Source: a virus (Duplodnaviria; Caudoviricetes). From it: a stretch of 29,397 nt of DNA. This document shows, piece after piece, positions 18,034 to 25,376 of this stretch. The stretch's first letter is position 1. Each line of letters begins with the position of its first letter. Under the pieces are notes generated by a model. The model made no database searches and was not told the origin of the DNA. It was given only the letters and a program-made list of their open reading frames with translations. A program made the translations under genes and the position numbers. The stretch is from positions 1 to 29,397 of IMG/VR virus record IMGVR_UViG_3300048886_000270. One strand, given 5' to 3'.

Positions 18034-19742
18034 TACATTTCCAAGTAATCCGTTTCAAAAATTTCCTGTCCACAGGGAACGCTTTCACAGAGATACATCT
18101 TGACAAGCATAACACCACATTGATTGTCGGTGAGAATGGGGCTGGAAAGTCCACCATATTGGATGCCCTAACGTTTGGGTTGTTCGGCAAGCCCTTCAGG
18201 AAAGTCAACAAACCACAACTGGTCAACTCGGTCAATCAGAAGGGCACCATGGTCGAGATAGAATTTAGAGTCGGCAAGAAGCAATACATGGTCAAACGGG
18301 GCATCAAACCTGCTGTCTTTGAAATTTACGAAAACAGTAAATTATTGAACCAACCCTCTACGACAAAGGACTACCAGAGCATCCTGGAGAGGATGATACT
18401 GAAGTTGAACTACAAATCCTTTACGCAAATCGTAATCTTGGGGGTGTCGTCCTTCATACCCTTCATGCAACTCCCTGCTGCCCACAGGAGAGATGTGATT
18501 GAAGATTTGTTGGACATTCAAATCTTTACCAGTATGAACGTCCTACTCAAGGAGAAAGTTCAGGAAAATAAGGGGCAGATAAATTACAACACGGTGGAAA
18601 GGAAACTGTGTGATGAGAAGGTAGCCCTACAGGAAGATTACATAACTCTCCACAAGGAGAATACCAAAAAACGTGTTGACAAGTATAAGAAGGAAATCAA
18701 GAGCCTTGACCGTAAGATAATCACCCACGGAAAGGCCGTTGACAAACTGGGGTCGAATAAGTCAAACATGATGGACACCATCAAAGATGGTACATCTGTC
18801 AGCAAGAGGTTAAGGAAATTCCAGAAGTTTGAGCACCAAATCAAAACGAAAATTGCCAACCTCCAAAAGACAATCGAGTTCTACACCGATAATGAAAACT
18901 GTCCCACATGCAAACAACAGATTGATGAGAAGCAGAAGGACAAGATTGTCACAAGAAAGACCAAGACACTGGCCGAAAACATGGATGGGTTCGACCAGTT
19001 GCAGAAAGAAATCGACATAGTTGCGGATAGGTTAGACCAGATTGCAGAAGTAGAAAAACGGATTGCAGAGGTAGATGAAAAAATTACCAACGAACAGAAT
19101 GCCATCATCACCCTGACCTCATACAAAAACAGGTTAGTGGATGAAACGGAATCGTTGTGTGTCAACAAGAAGGACTTAACCAAAGCGACCAGTAAGTTGA
19201 AGACTCTGGAAAAGGACAAGACAGAACTGAAAAAACAGAAGACGGAGTTGCTTGAGGAAATGTCCCTGTTCAATATCGCTTCGATGTTACTGAAAGACAC
19301 GGGTATCAAAACGAAAATCATCAAGCAGTACATACCTCTCATGAACAAGTTGATAAACAAGTATCTTGCGTCTATGGATTTTTTCGTGAACTTTGAACTG
19401 GATGAAAACTTCAACGAGACTATAAGGAGTCGGCACAGGGATGATTTTTCATATGGCAACTTCAGTGAGGGTGAGAAACAACGTATTGACGTTGCGTTGT
19501 TGTTGTGTTGGAGGGCAGTCGCCAAGAAAAAGAATAGCGCATCAACCAACCTACTTATCTTAGATGAGATTTTTGATGCGTCACTGGACGAGAATGGCAC
19601 AGACGAGTTGATGAAGATTCTCCAAACAATCGGTGAGGGTACCAATATCTTCATCATCAGTCACAAGAAGGACACATTAGTTGATAAGTTCAACAACGTG
19701 ATACACTTTGAGACCTATAAGAATTTTTCGAGGATACAATGA
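18030..19742 (+). CDS. gp46: Recombination ATPase subunit gp46 (Rad50/SbcC-like)
   Basis: FKNFLS.GN, Walker A GENGAGKS, coiled coil with CPTC zinc hook, signature FSEGEK, Walker B LILDE, ISH. Confidence 0.97.
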   Translation: MIHFQVIRFKNFLSTGNAFTEIHLDKHNTTLIVGENGAGKSTILDALTFGLFGKPFRKVNKPQLVNSVNQKGTMVEIEFRVGKKQYMVKRGIKPAVFEIYENSKLLNQPSTTKDYQSILERMILKLNYKSFTQIVILGVSSFIPFMQLPAAHRRDVIEDLLDIQIFTSMNVLLKEKVQENKGQINYNTVERKLCDEKVALQEDYITLHKENTKKRVDKYKKEIKSLDRKIITHGKAVDKLGSNKSNMMDTIKDGTSVSKRLRKFQKFEHQIKTKIANLQKTIEFYTDNENCPTCKQQIDEKQKDKIVTRKTKTLAENMDGFDQLQKEIDIVADRLDQIAEVEKRIAEVDEKITNEQNAIITLTSYKNRLVDETESLCVNKKDLTKATSKLKTLEKDKTELKKQKTELLEEMSLFNIASMLLKDTGIKTKIIKQYIPLMNKLINKYLASMDFFVNFELDENFNETIRSRHRDDFSYGNFSEGEKQRIDVALLLCWRAVAKKKNSASTNLLILDEIFDASLDENGTDELMKILQTIGEGTNIFIISHKKDTLVDKFNNVIHFETYKNFSRIQ

Positions 19743-20263
19743 TATACGACCTAGTAAAACCTACTGATGAGATTCTGCATACGCAAACAGAGACTTTTGA
19801 TTTCAAAGAGCCACCCATTGACCCCATGGAACTCTTTGAAGATATGAAGGAAACGATGATAAAGCATGAGGGGTTGGGTCTTGCGTGTCCTCAAGTAGGA
19901 TTGCCTTACAGGATGTTTGTATTTGGTCACCATTTAGATACAGAGAATGTTGTTGGTGTGTTCAATCCACAAATCGTTGATATACCTGATGGGAAAAAGT
20001 TGAGATACACAGAAGCCTGTTTGACATACCCCGACCTCTACATTGATATCAAACGACCTGATAAGATTCGAGTACGATATACCACCCATGAAGGTGTAAC
20101 CGACACCATCAAATTTGATGGGTTGACCTCTAGGATTTTCCAACATGAGTATGACCATCTAGAGGGAGTTATGTTTACTAAGGTTGCTACTAAATTTCAC
20201 CTCCATCGGGCTCAGAAATACCGTAAGCTCATCTTGAGAAAGAGAAAGCGAGTAAAGACTTGA
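19739..20263 (+). CDS. def: Peptide deformylase
   Basis: Three PDF motifs present: GLGLACPQ (GxGxAAxQ), EACLT (EGCLS), QHEYDHLEG (HExDH). Confidence 0.92.
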   Translation: MIYDLVKPTDEILHTQTETFDFKEPPIDPMELFEDMKETMIKHEGLGLACPQVGLPYRMFVFGHHLDTENVVGVFNPQIVDIPDGKKLRYTEACLTYPDLYIDIKRPDKIRVRYTTHEGVTDTIKFDGLTSRIFQHEYDHLEGVMFTKVATKFHLHRAQKYRKLILRKRKRVKT

Positions 20264-20288
20264 CATTTACTAGGAATAGGTGTATAAT
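20260..20288 (+). promoter_or_regulatory. Consensus sigma70 promoter
   Basis: TTGACA (20260-20265, overlapping the def stop), 17-nt spacer, TATAAT (20283-20288). Confidence 0.88.
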
Positions 20289-20294
20289 ATTAAA

Positions 20295-21602
20295 ATGACA
20301 CAAGACCTTTTCTTTTCAGAGACAGAGATGGATGAAATGTACCAGAAATGGCATGACACCCAAACGTTTGAGGCTGTGGATAAAGATGAGATACGGAAGA
20401 CCGTCGTTGATGACCTCAACAAGATTAACCAAATGTCTGTTGAAGAATATACGTTGTACCAGAAGTGGGAAGAAATACAATTCAAGTACCCCACAGTAAA
20501 TGATTTGTTTGGTGGTCACAGTCTAAAAAACAAAAGACAAATCAACGCCATCAACAGGGCAAAATCCCTCATTTGGATTCCAAAGTCCCTTGACGACTAT
20601 ATGGGACTTGAACCAGAACTGGTGTATGTGAAAGAAGGAGACACAAGTGTCCCGACATCTGATAATCCTGACCAGATACCACTCTCTACAGACTGGACGA
20701 CACTGAGGATATTCTGTTCAAATCAAATGCACGCCGGAGTGGGACCCCAGAGAGCGATGAGTTTCCTCATCCGTGACAAGGTGTCAAGAAAATATCTTGG
20801 CGTCATTACTGTATCTGGAGATTTTCTAGACCTGACAGCCCGTGACGAGAAAATCGGTTGGACGAGGGAACAAAGGACAGATGAAAAGAGGGTTCGGTTT
20901 ACTGCGATAGGGTCGACCATTATTCCCATGCAACCACTAGGGTTCAATTATGTTGGTGGTAAGTTGTTAGCGTTGTTGTGCTTGTCGGAACCGGTGCCTA
21001 AGTTGTGGGAAAAATCATACGGTGATAAATTGGTTGGTGTGACCACGACCTCTTTATATGGAAAATACAAGGGGGGTCATGGGATGTCCCAGTATGACAA
21101 CCTCAAATATTGGAAACGTATGGGGTATTCCAAAGGTAGTATCGCATATCAACCATCTAAGAAGGTCAAGAAGGTTATGCGGAATTGGTTACGAGTGGAA
21201 AATCCCAGAAAGTATTGGGAGTACACACTTGCGACCAGAAGGTCTGGTCTACCGTTTAAACGTGATGCAACCAATAGGTGCAACCAAACATGTTACAGGG
21301 GTCTGGATATCAAGAGTGACCGTTTCCAAAGTTCCCATGAACGTGGTATCTACTTTGCAAAACTATACACCAACACCAACGAATTTTTACGTGCCGACAT
21401 CTCAGAGGATAAACTGGAACCTGCGTTTGACAACTCGGTGGAGACCTTGGTTGACCTATGGAAAAACAAGTATGCCCGTCGTAGGATAGAATCCTTGCAA
21501 CGGAACGACCGTGTGAGTGACGAAACCTTCTTTTTAGACGACCTGGTCACGAAAACATGGCCGGAAACCAAGGAAAAGTATCTCGGTGAGGTCGGTCGTT
21601 AG
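20295..21602 (+). CDS. DUF4338 / Druantia DruA-like protein (possible Mom-like GNAT fold)
   Basis: Motifs D..S.KYLG.I....D...L..RD..IGW, PLGFNY.GGKLLALL, TTTSLYG, SQY, W...G.S.G recalled from DUF4338. Start moved to ATG 20295 because the GTG at 20280 lies inside the promoter. Confidence 0.75.
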   Translation: MTQDLFFSETEMDEMYQKWHDTQTFEAVDKDEIRKTVVDDLNKINQMSVEEYTLYQKWEEIQFKYPTVNDLFGGHSLKNKRQINAINRAKSLIWIPKSLDDYMGLEPELVYVKEGDTSVPTSDNPDQIPLSTDWTTLRIFCSNQMHAGVGPQRAMSFLIRDKVSRKYLGVITVSGDFLDLTARDEKIGWTREQRTDEKRVRFTAIGSTIIPMQPLGFNYVGGKLLALLCLSEPVPKLWEKSYGDKLVGVTTTSLYGKYKGGHGMSQYDNLKYWKRMGYSKGSIAYQPSKKVKKVMRNWLRVENPRKYWEYTLATRRSGLPFKRDATNRCNQTCYRGLDIKSDRFQSSHERGIYFAKLYTNTNEFLRADISEDKLEPAFDNSVETLVDLWKNKYARRRIESLQRNDRVSDETFFLDDLVTKTWPETKEKYLGEVGR

Positions 21603-21613
21603 GAAAAAAATGC

Positions 21614-21626
21614 TAAGTCATTGATT
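21614..21626 (-). promoter_or_regulatory. Integration host factor (IHF) consensus site
   Basis: Minus strand reads AATCAATGACTTA, an exact match to WATCAANNNNTTR; intergenic, about 30 nt upstream of a -35 box. Confidence 0.55.
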
Positions 21627-21654
21627 TCTAAGGGTTAAAAGCGTAAAATAGTAC

Positions 21655-21682
21655 TTGACATGGTCTACCAGTGTGATAGGAT
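21655..21682 (+). promoter_or_regulatory. Sigma70-type promoter for the peptidase/VWA gene
   Basis: TTGACA (21655-21660), 16-nt spacer, TGn plus TAGGAT (21677-21682). Confidence 0.65.
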
Positions 21683-21702
21683 AGTATTGTAATTAGAGAT
21701 TA

Positions 21703-23997
21703 ATGCAAAACACCCACAAATACGCAAAATACATCGAAAGTAAGAATAAACTTGCTCGCCTGTTGGCGACGGAAAATCTTACTGTTCAGCATGAGGTGGG
21801 TATCACCAGTGCGTATTTTGAACCGAAATCCCGAAAAGTTGGACTCCCTGTCTGGAAGGATATGGGCAATGACGTTTATGACCTTTTGATTGGTCATGAA
21901 GTTGGTCACGCCTTATACACCCCTCCTAAGGGTTGGCATACCAATGTGAGTAAGAAAGGTAAGGTTTATCAGGGTTACCTCAATATCTGTGAAGATGCAC
22001 GAATTGAGAAGAAACAGAAAATCAAATATCCCGGTCTGAAAAGAGCCTTCACTGAAGGTTACAGGTGGATGATTAACAACGGCTTCTTTGGTGAGGACAT
22101 CAAGGGTCGTATTAATGGTATGCCCCTCATTGACCGGCTTAACATAAAACTCAAGGTTGGAACCGCTCTTGATATTGAATTTTCCAAAGAGGAAATGCAG
22201 TATGTTAAGAGAATGGAAAACCTCATAACGTTTAAGGATGCTGTAAAACTTGCAGACGAACTTTTTGAAACTCAGAAAAGTGAATCCGACCCCGAACAGT
22301 CTGGAATCTCTGAAGGTGGAAAGCCTGATGAAAACGAAGAAGGTGAGGAAACCGAAGAATCCGGTAGTTCTCCTGATGAAAATGCACAGACCGAAGAAAC
22401 GGACGGTGCTCCTAGTGGTGAAGAAACTGCTGAAGGTTCTGAAGAAGAAGGTCGGGGTGAAGGAGAAGAAGGTGAAGAAACCGAGGAGACCCAGAGCGAT
22501 GAAGGAACAGCTAGTGGGGAGACTGGTTCCGAGGAAACCGAAGCTCAGGCTCCTGTATCCCAGACAGACACAGCCTATAGAGAAAATGCTGACCGGTTAG
22601 TTGAAAATACAAACGAGGATGAGATTTCATACTTGACGTTGCCGACGCCTAAGTTGGAAAACATCATTGTGAGTACAAAACAGGTTGGTGAAGACTTAAA
22701 GAGGTGGACAGAAGAAATTCTCACTGCAAACCGTGTCAGGACCTCTGCACGGCTGTTGAAAACGTGGAGAAACGAAAACAAAGGCCTCATCAATTATCTC
22801 GTTAAAGAATTTGAAATGAAAAAGTCCGCTGATGATTTTCGTCGGACATTTACTGCGAAAACGGGCGTTATTGACCCCCTAAAACTTCACACTTACAAGT
22901 TCGCTGAGGACATTTTCAAAAAAAGTTCTGTGATGACAGATGGTAAGAACCACGGCCTGATCATGTTTATTGATTGGAGTTCTTCCATGAAACACGACAT
23001 TTTCAACACCATGCAGCAGTTGCTGACGTTGATTGAGTTTTGCAGAAAGGTCAACATCCCTTACGACGTTTATGCGTTTGCCGATGGTTACACTACGGCG
23101 TATGGTAGGGGCTTTTTAGAAACTATGAAAAATATCCAAGTAAACGATATAGTTATTACTAACCTCGGCCTCTTGCATCTGTTTTCGTCAAAAATGAAAA
23201 TTAGAGACCATAAACTCCGTAGTCGGGATATGCTTGGAATGTCCAAGTTCCTAGAGGGCGGAAGGTGGGATTCATGTCCTAAAGGGTACAGGTTATGCTC
23301 AACGCCTCTGAATGAAGCCATTATGTGCTCATATGAGATTGTGAAACAGTTTCAAAAAACCAATAATGTGCAAGTTGTGAATACGGTCTTTTTAACCGAT
23401 GGAGATTCTAACGCTTGTAAAAAGATTGGTCCTCTTCCTAAAATGAAACAGACAAACGAAGTCGTTCCCAGAATATCAATAGATGATCCTTTTAGAGCAG
23501 AATTAGTGGGTAATAATGATATTGTCCATGACCCTGTTACGAAAAAAGATTACACTCAAGAGAAAATAAATACTGGTTCTACCTATAGCTCCTGTTGGAA
23601 TTCAGATAGAAGAAATATGACCAAGGTCCTCTTGACTATCCTTCGGGACCGTTGTGGTGTGAATGCTGTTGGGTTCTTCCTCACAAGTCAACCCATTATT
23701 AAAGCATTAGAAGCATTCACCAGTGACGATATTGACCAAGAGGCAACATTAGAGTTTTTTGAGAAACACCAAGCAGTAGTTGTGAAAGATGCTGGTTACA
23801 ATGAATTATACATCATCAAAGGTGGTAAAGATTTGGGTAAAACTAAGAAACAGCTTGAAGATGAATACCTTGGTAGATTCACCGCCGGTGGAGACGAAAG
23901 GGATGCCGAAACACTGAAAGAACAATTAGTGAAAATGACAAAGAAAAAGTTGGTTTCACGGGTGATTTTATCGAAATTTATTGACCAGATTGCGTAA
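21703..23997 (+). CDS. HExxH metallopeptidase-like domain, acidic linker and VWA (MIDAS) domain; CobT-like partner of a MoxR AAA+ ATPase
   Basis: HEVGH (21895-21909) with downstream EDARIE; about 95 aa E/G/S/T-rich linker; MIDAS DWSSS (from 22972), STPL, FLTDG. Confidence 0.88.
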   Translation: MQNTHKYAKYIESKNKLARLLATENLTVQHEVGITSAYFEPKSRKVGLPVWKDMGNDVYDLLIGHEVGHALYTPPKGWHTNVSKKGKVYQGYLNICEDARIEKKQKIKYPGLKRAFTEGYRWMINNGFFGEDIKGRINGMPLIDRLNIKLKVGTALDIEFSKEEMQYVKRMENLITFKDAVKLADELFETQKSESDPEQSGISEGGKPDENEEGEETEESGSSPDENAQTEETDGAPSGEETAEGSEEEGRGEGEEGEETEETQSDEGTASGETGSEETEAQAPVSQTDTAYRENADRLVENTNEDEISYLTLPTPKLENIIVSTKQVGEDLKRWTEEILTANRVRTSARLLKTWRNENKGLINYLVKEFEMKKSADDFRRTFTAKTGVIDPLKLHTYKFAEDIFKKSSVMTDGKNHGLIMFIDWSSSMKHDIFNTMQQLLTLIEFCRKVNIPYDVYAFADGYTTAYGRGFLETMKNIQVNDIVITNLGLLHLFSSKMKIRDHKLRSRDMLGMSKFLEGGRWDSCPKGYRLCSTPLNEAIMCSYEIVKQFQKTNNVQVVNTVFLTDGDSNACKKIGPLPKMKQTNEVVPRISIDDPFRAELVGNNDIVHDPVTKKDYTQEKINTGSTYSSCWNSDRRNMTKVLLTILRDRCGVNAVGFFLTSQPIIKALEAFTSDDIDQEATLEFFEKHQAVVVKDAGYNELYIIKGGKDLGKTKKQLEDEYLGRFTAGGDERDAETLKEQLVKMTKKKLVSRVILSKFIDQIA

Positions 23998-24005
23998 AAA
24001 AACGC

Positions 24006-24033
24006 TTGCCACGGTCACCATATGTAGTATAAT
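24006..24033 (+). promoter_or_regulatory. Sigma70-type promoter for the AAA+ ATPase gene
   Basis: TTGCCA (24006-24011), 16-nt spacer, TATAAT (24028-24033); A tract upstream. Confidence 0.72.
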
Positions 24034-24077
24034 GGTATTATGAGAGTAGGAAATAGATTGAAAGGAGAACTAAATTT

Positions 24078-25283
24078 ATGTTGACACCTACAAGAAAACG
24101 ATTTGTGGAGGCTGCCGAAAAGACCTTTGGTCCGGGTGCAGTAATCACCAAATCACAGGTAAAAGAGGTTGCGAAGAAAGCAAAGATACCGTTTCCTTCG
24201 TGGTTCGCAAAAACTGAGTTCCGTGTATCCCACGGGAAATATCAGGTACCTAATACAGGCACCACAACTCCTGTTATGACAGTTGTGGAAGAGTCACAGC
24301 CCGGAGCAAATAACGTTACCCTCGCAACGGTCACATCGACCGCCAGGGAGGAGTGCTTAATTCCTCAAAAGGACAAGTTATTCGTTAAATTCGGGTTCTT
24401 TACAAAGTTGCGGAAAATCATAGAATCACAGTTATTCTACCCCATTTTCGTCACTGGTCTTTCCGGTAACGGAAAAACTTTCATGGTTCAGCAAGCATGT
24501 GCTGCCGCAAAACGGGAATTGATACGGGTCAATCTCACGGGTGAAACTGATGAAGATGACCTAATCGGTGGTTTCCGGCTCGTCAATGGTGAGACAGCGT
24601 TCTTTAAGGGACCTGTTATCGAAGCCATGGAACGGGGCGCTATATTGCTTCTGGACGAAATTGACCTTGCAAATCCCGCAAGAGTTATGTGCTTGCAGTC
24701 AATCCTAGAGGGTTCTGGATATTTCATCAAAAAGACTGGTGAATATGTAAAACCTGCTCCAGGGTTCACCGTTATCGCAACTGGTAACACCAAGGGTAAA
24801 GGGTCAGAAGATGGTCAGTTCATCGGAACCAACATCTTGAATGAAGCTTTCCTTGAGAGGTTCCCCATTACAGTTGAGCAGGATTATCCCGCAAAATCTG
24901 TTGAACAAAAAATCTTGAGTAAGGTATTCGAGTCCTTGAACCTCAAGAAAGAAACCGAGTTTATTGGTCTCCTCGTTGAGTGGGCCGATTTAACCCGAAA
25001 GACTTTCCTAGAGGGTGGTTCAGATGACATCATCTCCACCAGACGGTTAGTCCATATCGCTAATGCGTTCTCAATCTTTGAGGACAGGATGGAATCAATC
25101 AAGTTGTGCGTCAACCGGTTTGACGAGGAAACGAAAACTTCCTTCCTTGACTTCTACACCAAGATTGATGAACAGTCCAGAATGTCTGACTTGGAAGAAT
25201 CCGAGACAGGCGGAGAAAATAAAGAAGAAGAAGGTGTCACCACCAAGGATGGTGATGCAGACGAAAGTCTGGCTCCTTTCTAA
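24078..25283 (+). CDS. cobS: MoxR-type AAA+ ATPase (phage CobS-like)
   Basis: Walker A GLSGNGKT, RVN.T.ETDEDDLIGGFRL, Walker B LLLDEID, ATGNTKG.G, LNEAFLERF, sensor-2 ISTRRL. The symbol follows the usual phage annotation and does not imply a cobalamin role. Confidence 0.9.
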   Translation: MLTPTRKRFVEAAEKTFGPGAVITKSQVKEVAKKAKIPFPSWFAKTEFRVSHGKYQVPNTGTTTPVMTVVEESQPGANNVTLATVTSTAREECLIPQKDKLFVKFGFFTKLRKIIESQLFYPIFVTGLSGNGKTFMVQQACAAAKRELIRVNLTGETDEDDLIGGFRLVNGETAFFKGPVIEAMERGAILLLDEIDLANPARVMCLQSILEGSGYFIKKTGEYVKPAPGFTVIATGNTKGKGSEDGQFIGTNILNEAFLERFPITVEQDYPAKSVEQKILSKVFESLNLKKETEFIGLLVEWADLTRKTFLEGGSDDIISTRRLVHIANAFSIFEDRMESIKLCVNRFDEETKTSFLDFYTKIDEQSRMSDLEESETGGENKEEEGVTTKDGDADESLAPF

Positions 25284-25303
25284 AAACGTCAACATAAACT
25301 TCT

Positions 25304-25330
25304 ACAGGGAGAAATTCTCCCTGTTTTTTT
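25304..25330 (+). terminator. Rho-independent terminator after the AAA+ gene
   Basis: Stem ACAGGGAGA / TCTCCCTGT with an AAT loop, then a T tract. Confidence 0.88.
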
Positions 25331-25331
25331 A

Positions 25332-25339
25332 TATAAATA
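25332..25339 (+). promoter_or_regulatory. T4-type late promoter
   Basis: Exact TATAAATA directly after the terminator T tract. Confidence 0.8.
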
Positions 25340-25376
25340 AGACGGTGAAATTTGTAACATAATATGAGGTATAGGT

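Noticed and set aside
18099-18745. Further TTGACA hexamers inside gp46
   Set aside because: They arise from Leu/Val-Asp-Lys codons and lack a good -10 box at the proper spacing.
18881-19657. 258 aa minus-strand ORF
   Set aside because: It lies wholly antisense to gp46, has the Ser/Phe/Leu-rich composition expected from the reverse of Lys/Glu codons, and shows no recognisable motif.
20280-20294. ORF-track start at GTG 20280
   Set aside because: It lies within the promoter spacer and -10 box; ATG 20295 is more plausible.
20295-21602. Complete Druantia defence system
   Set aside because: Only a DruA-like gene is present; the helicase in the window is a typical UvsW, not DruE.
22273-22560. GAAGAAGGTGA(G/A)GAAACCGA near-repeats in the VWA linker and similar runs in gp22 and gp20
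   Set aside because: Explained by Glu/Gly/Thr low-complexity coding; there is no regular repeat-spacer period, so this is not a CRISPR or tandem array.
21703-25283. Cobalamin biosynthesis (cobaltochelatase CobST) as an auxiliary metabolic function
   Set aside because: No cobN or other cob genes are in the window, and the peptidase-like and N-terminal extra domains fit a general MoxR/VWA system better.
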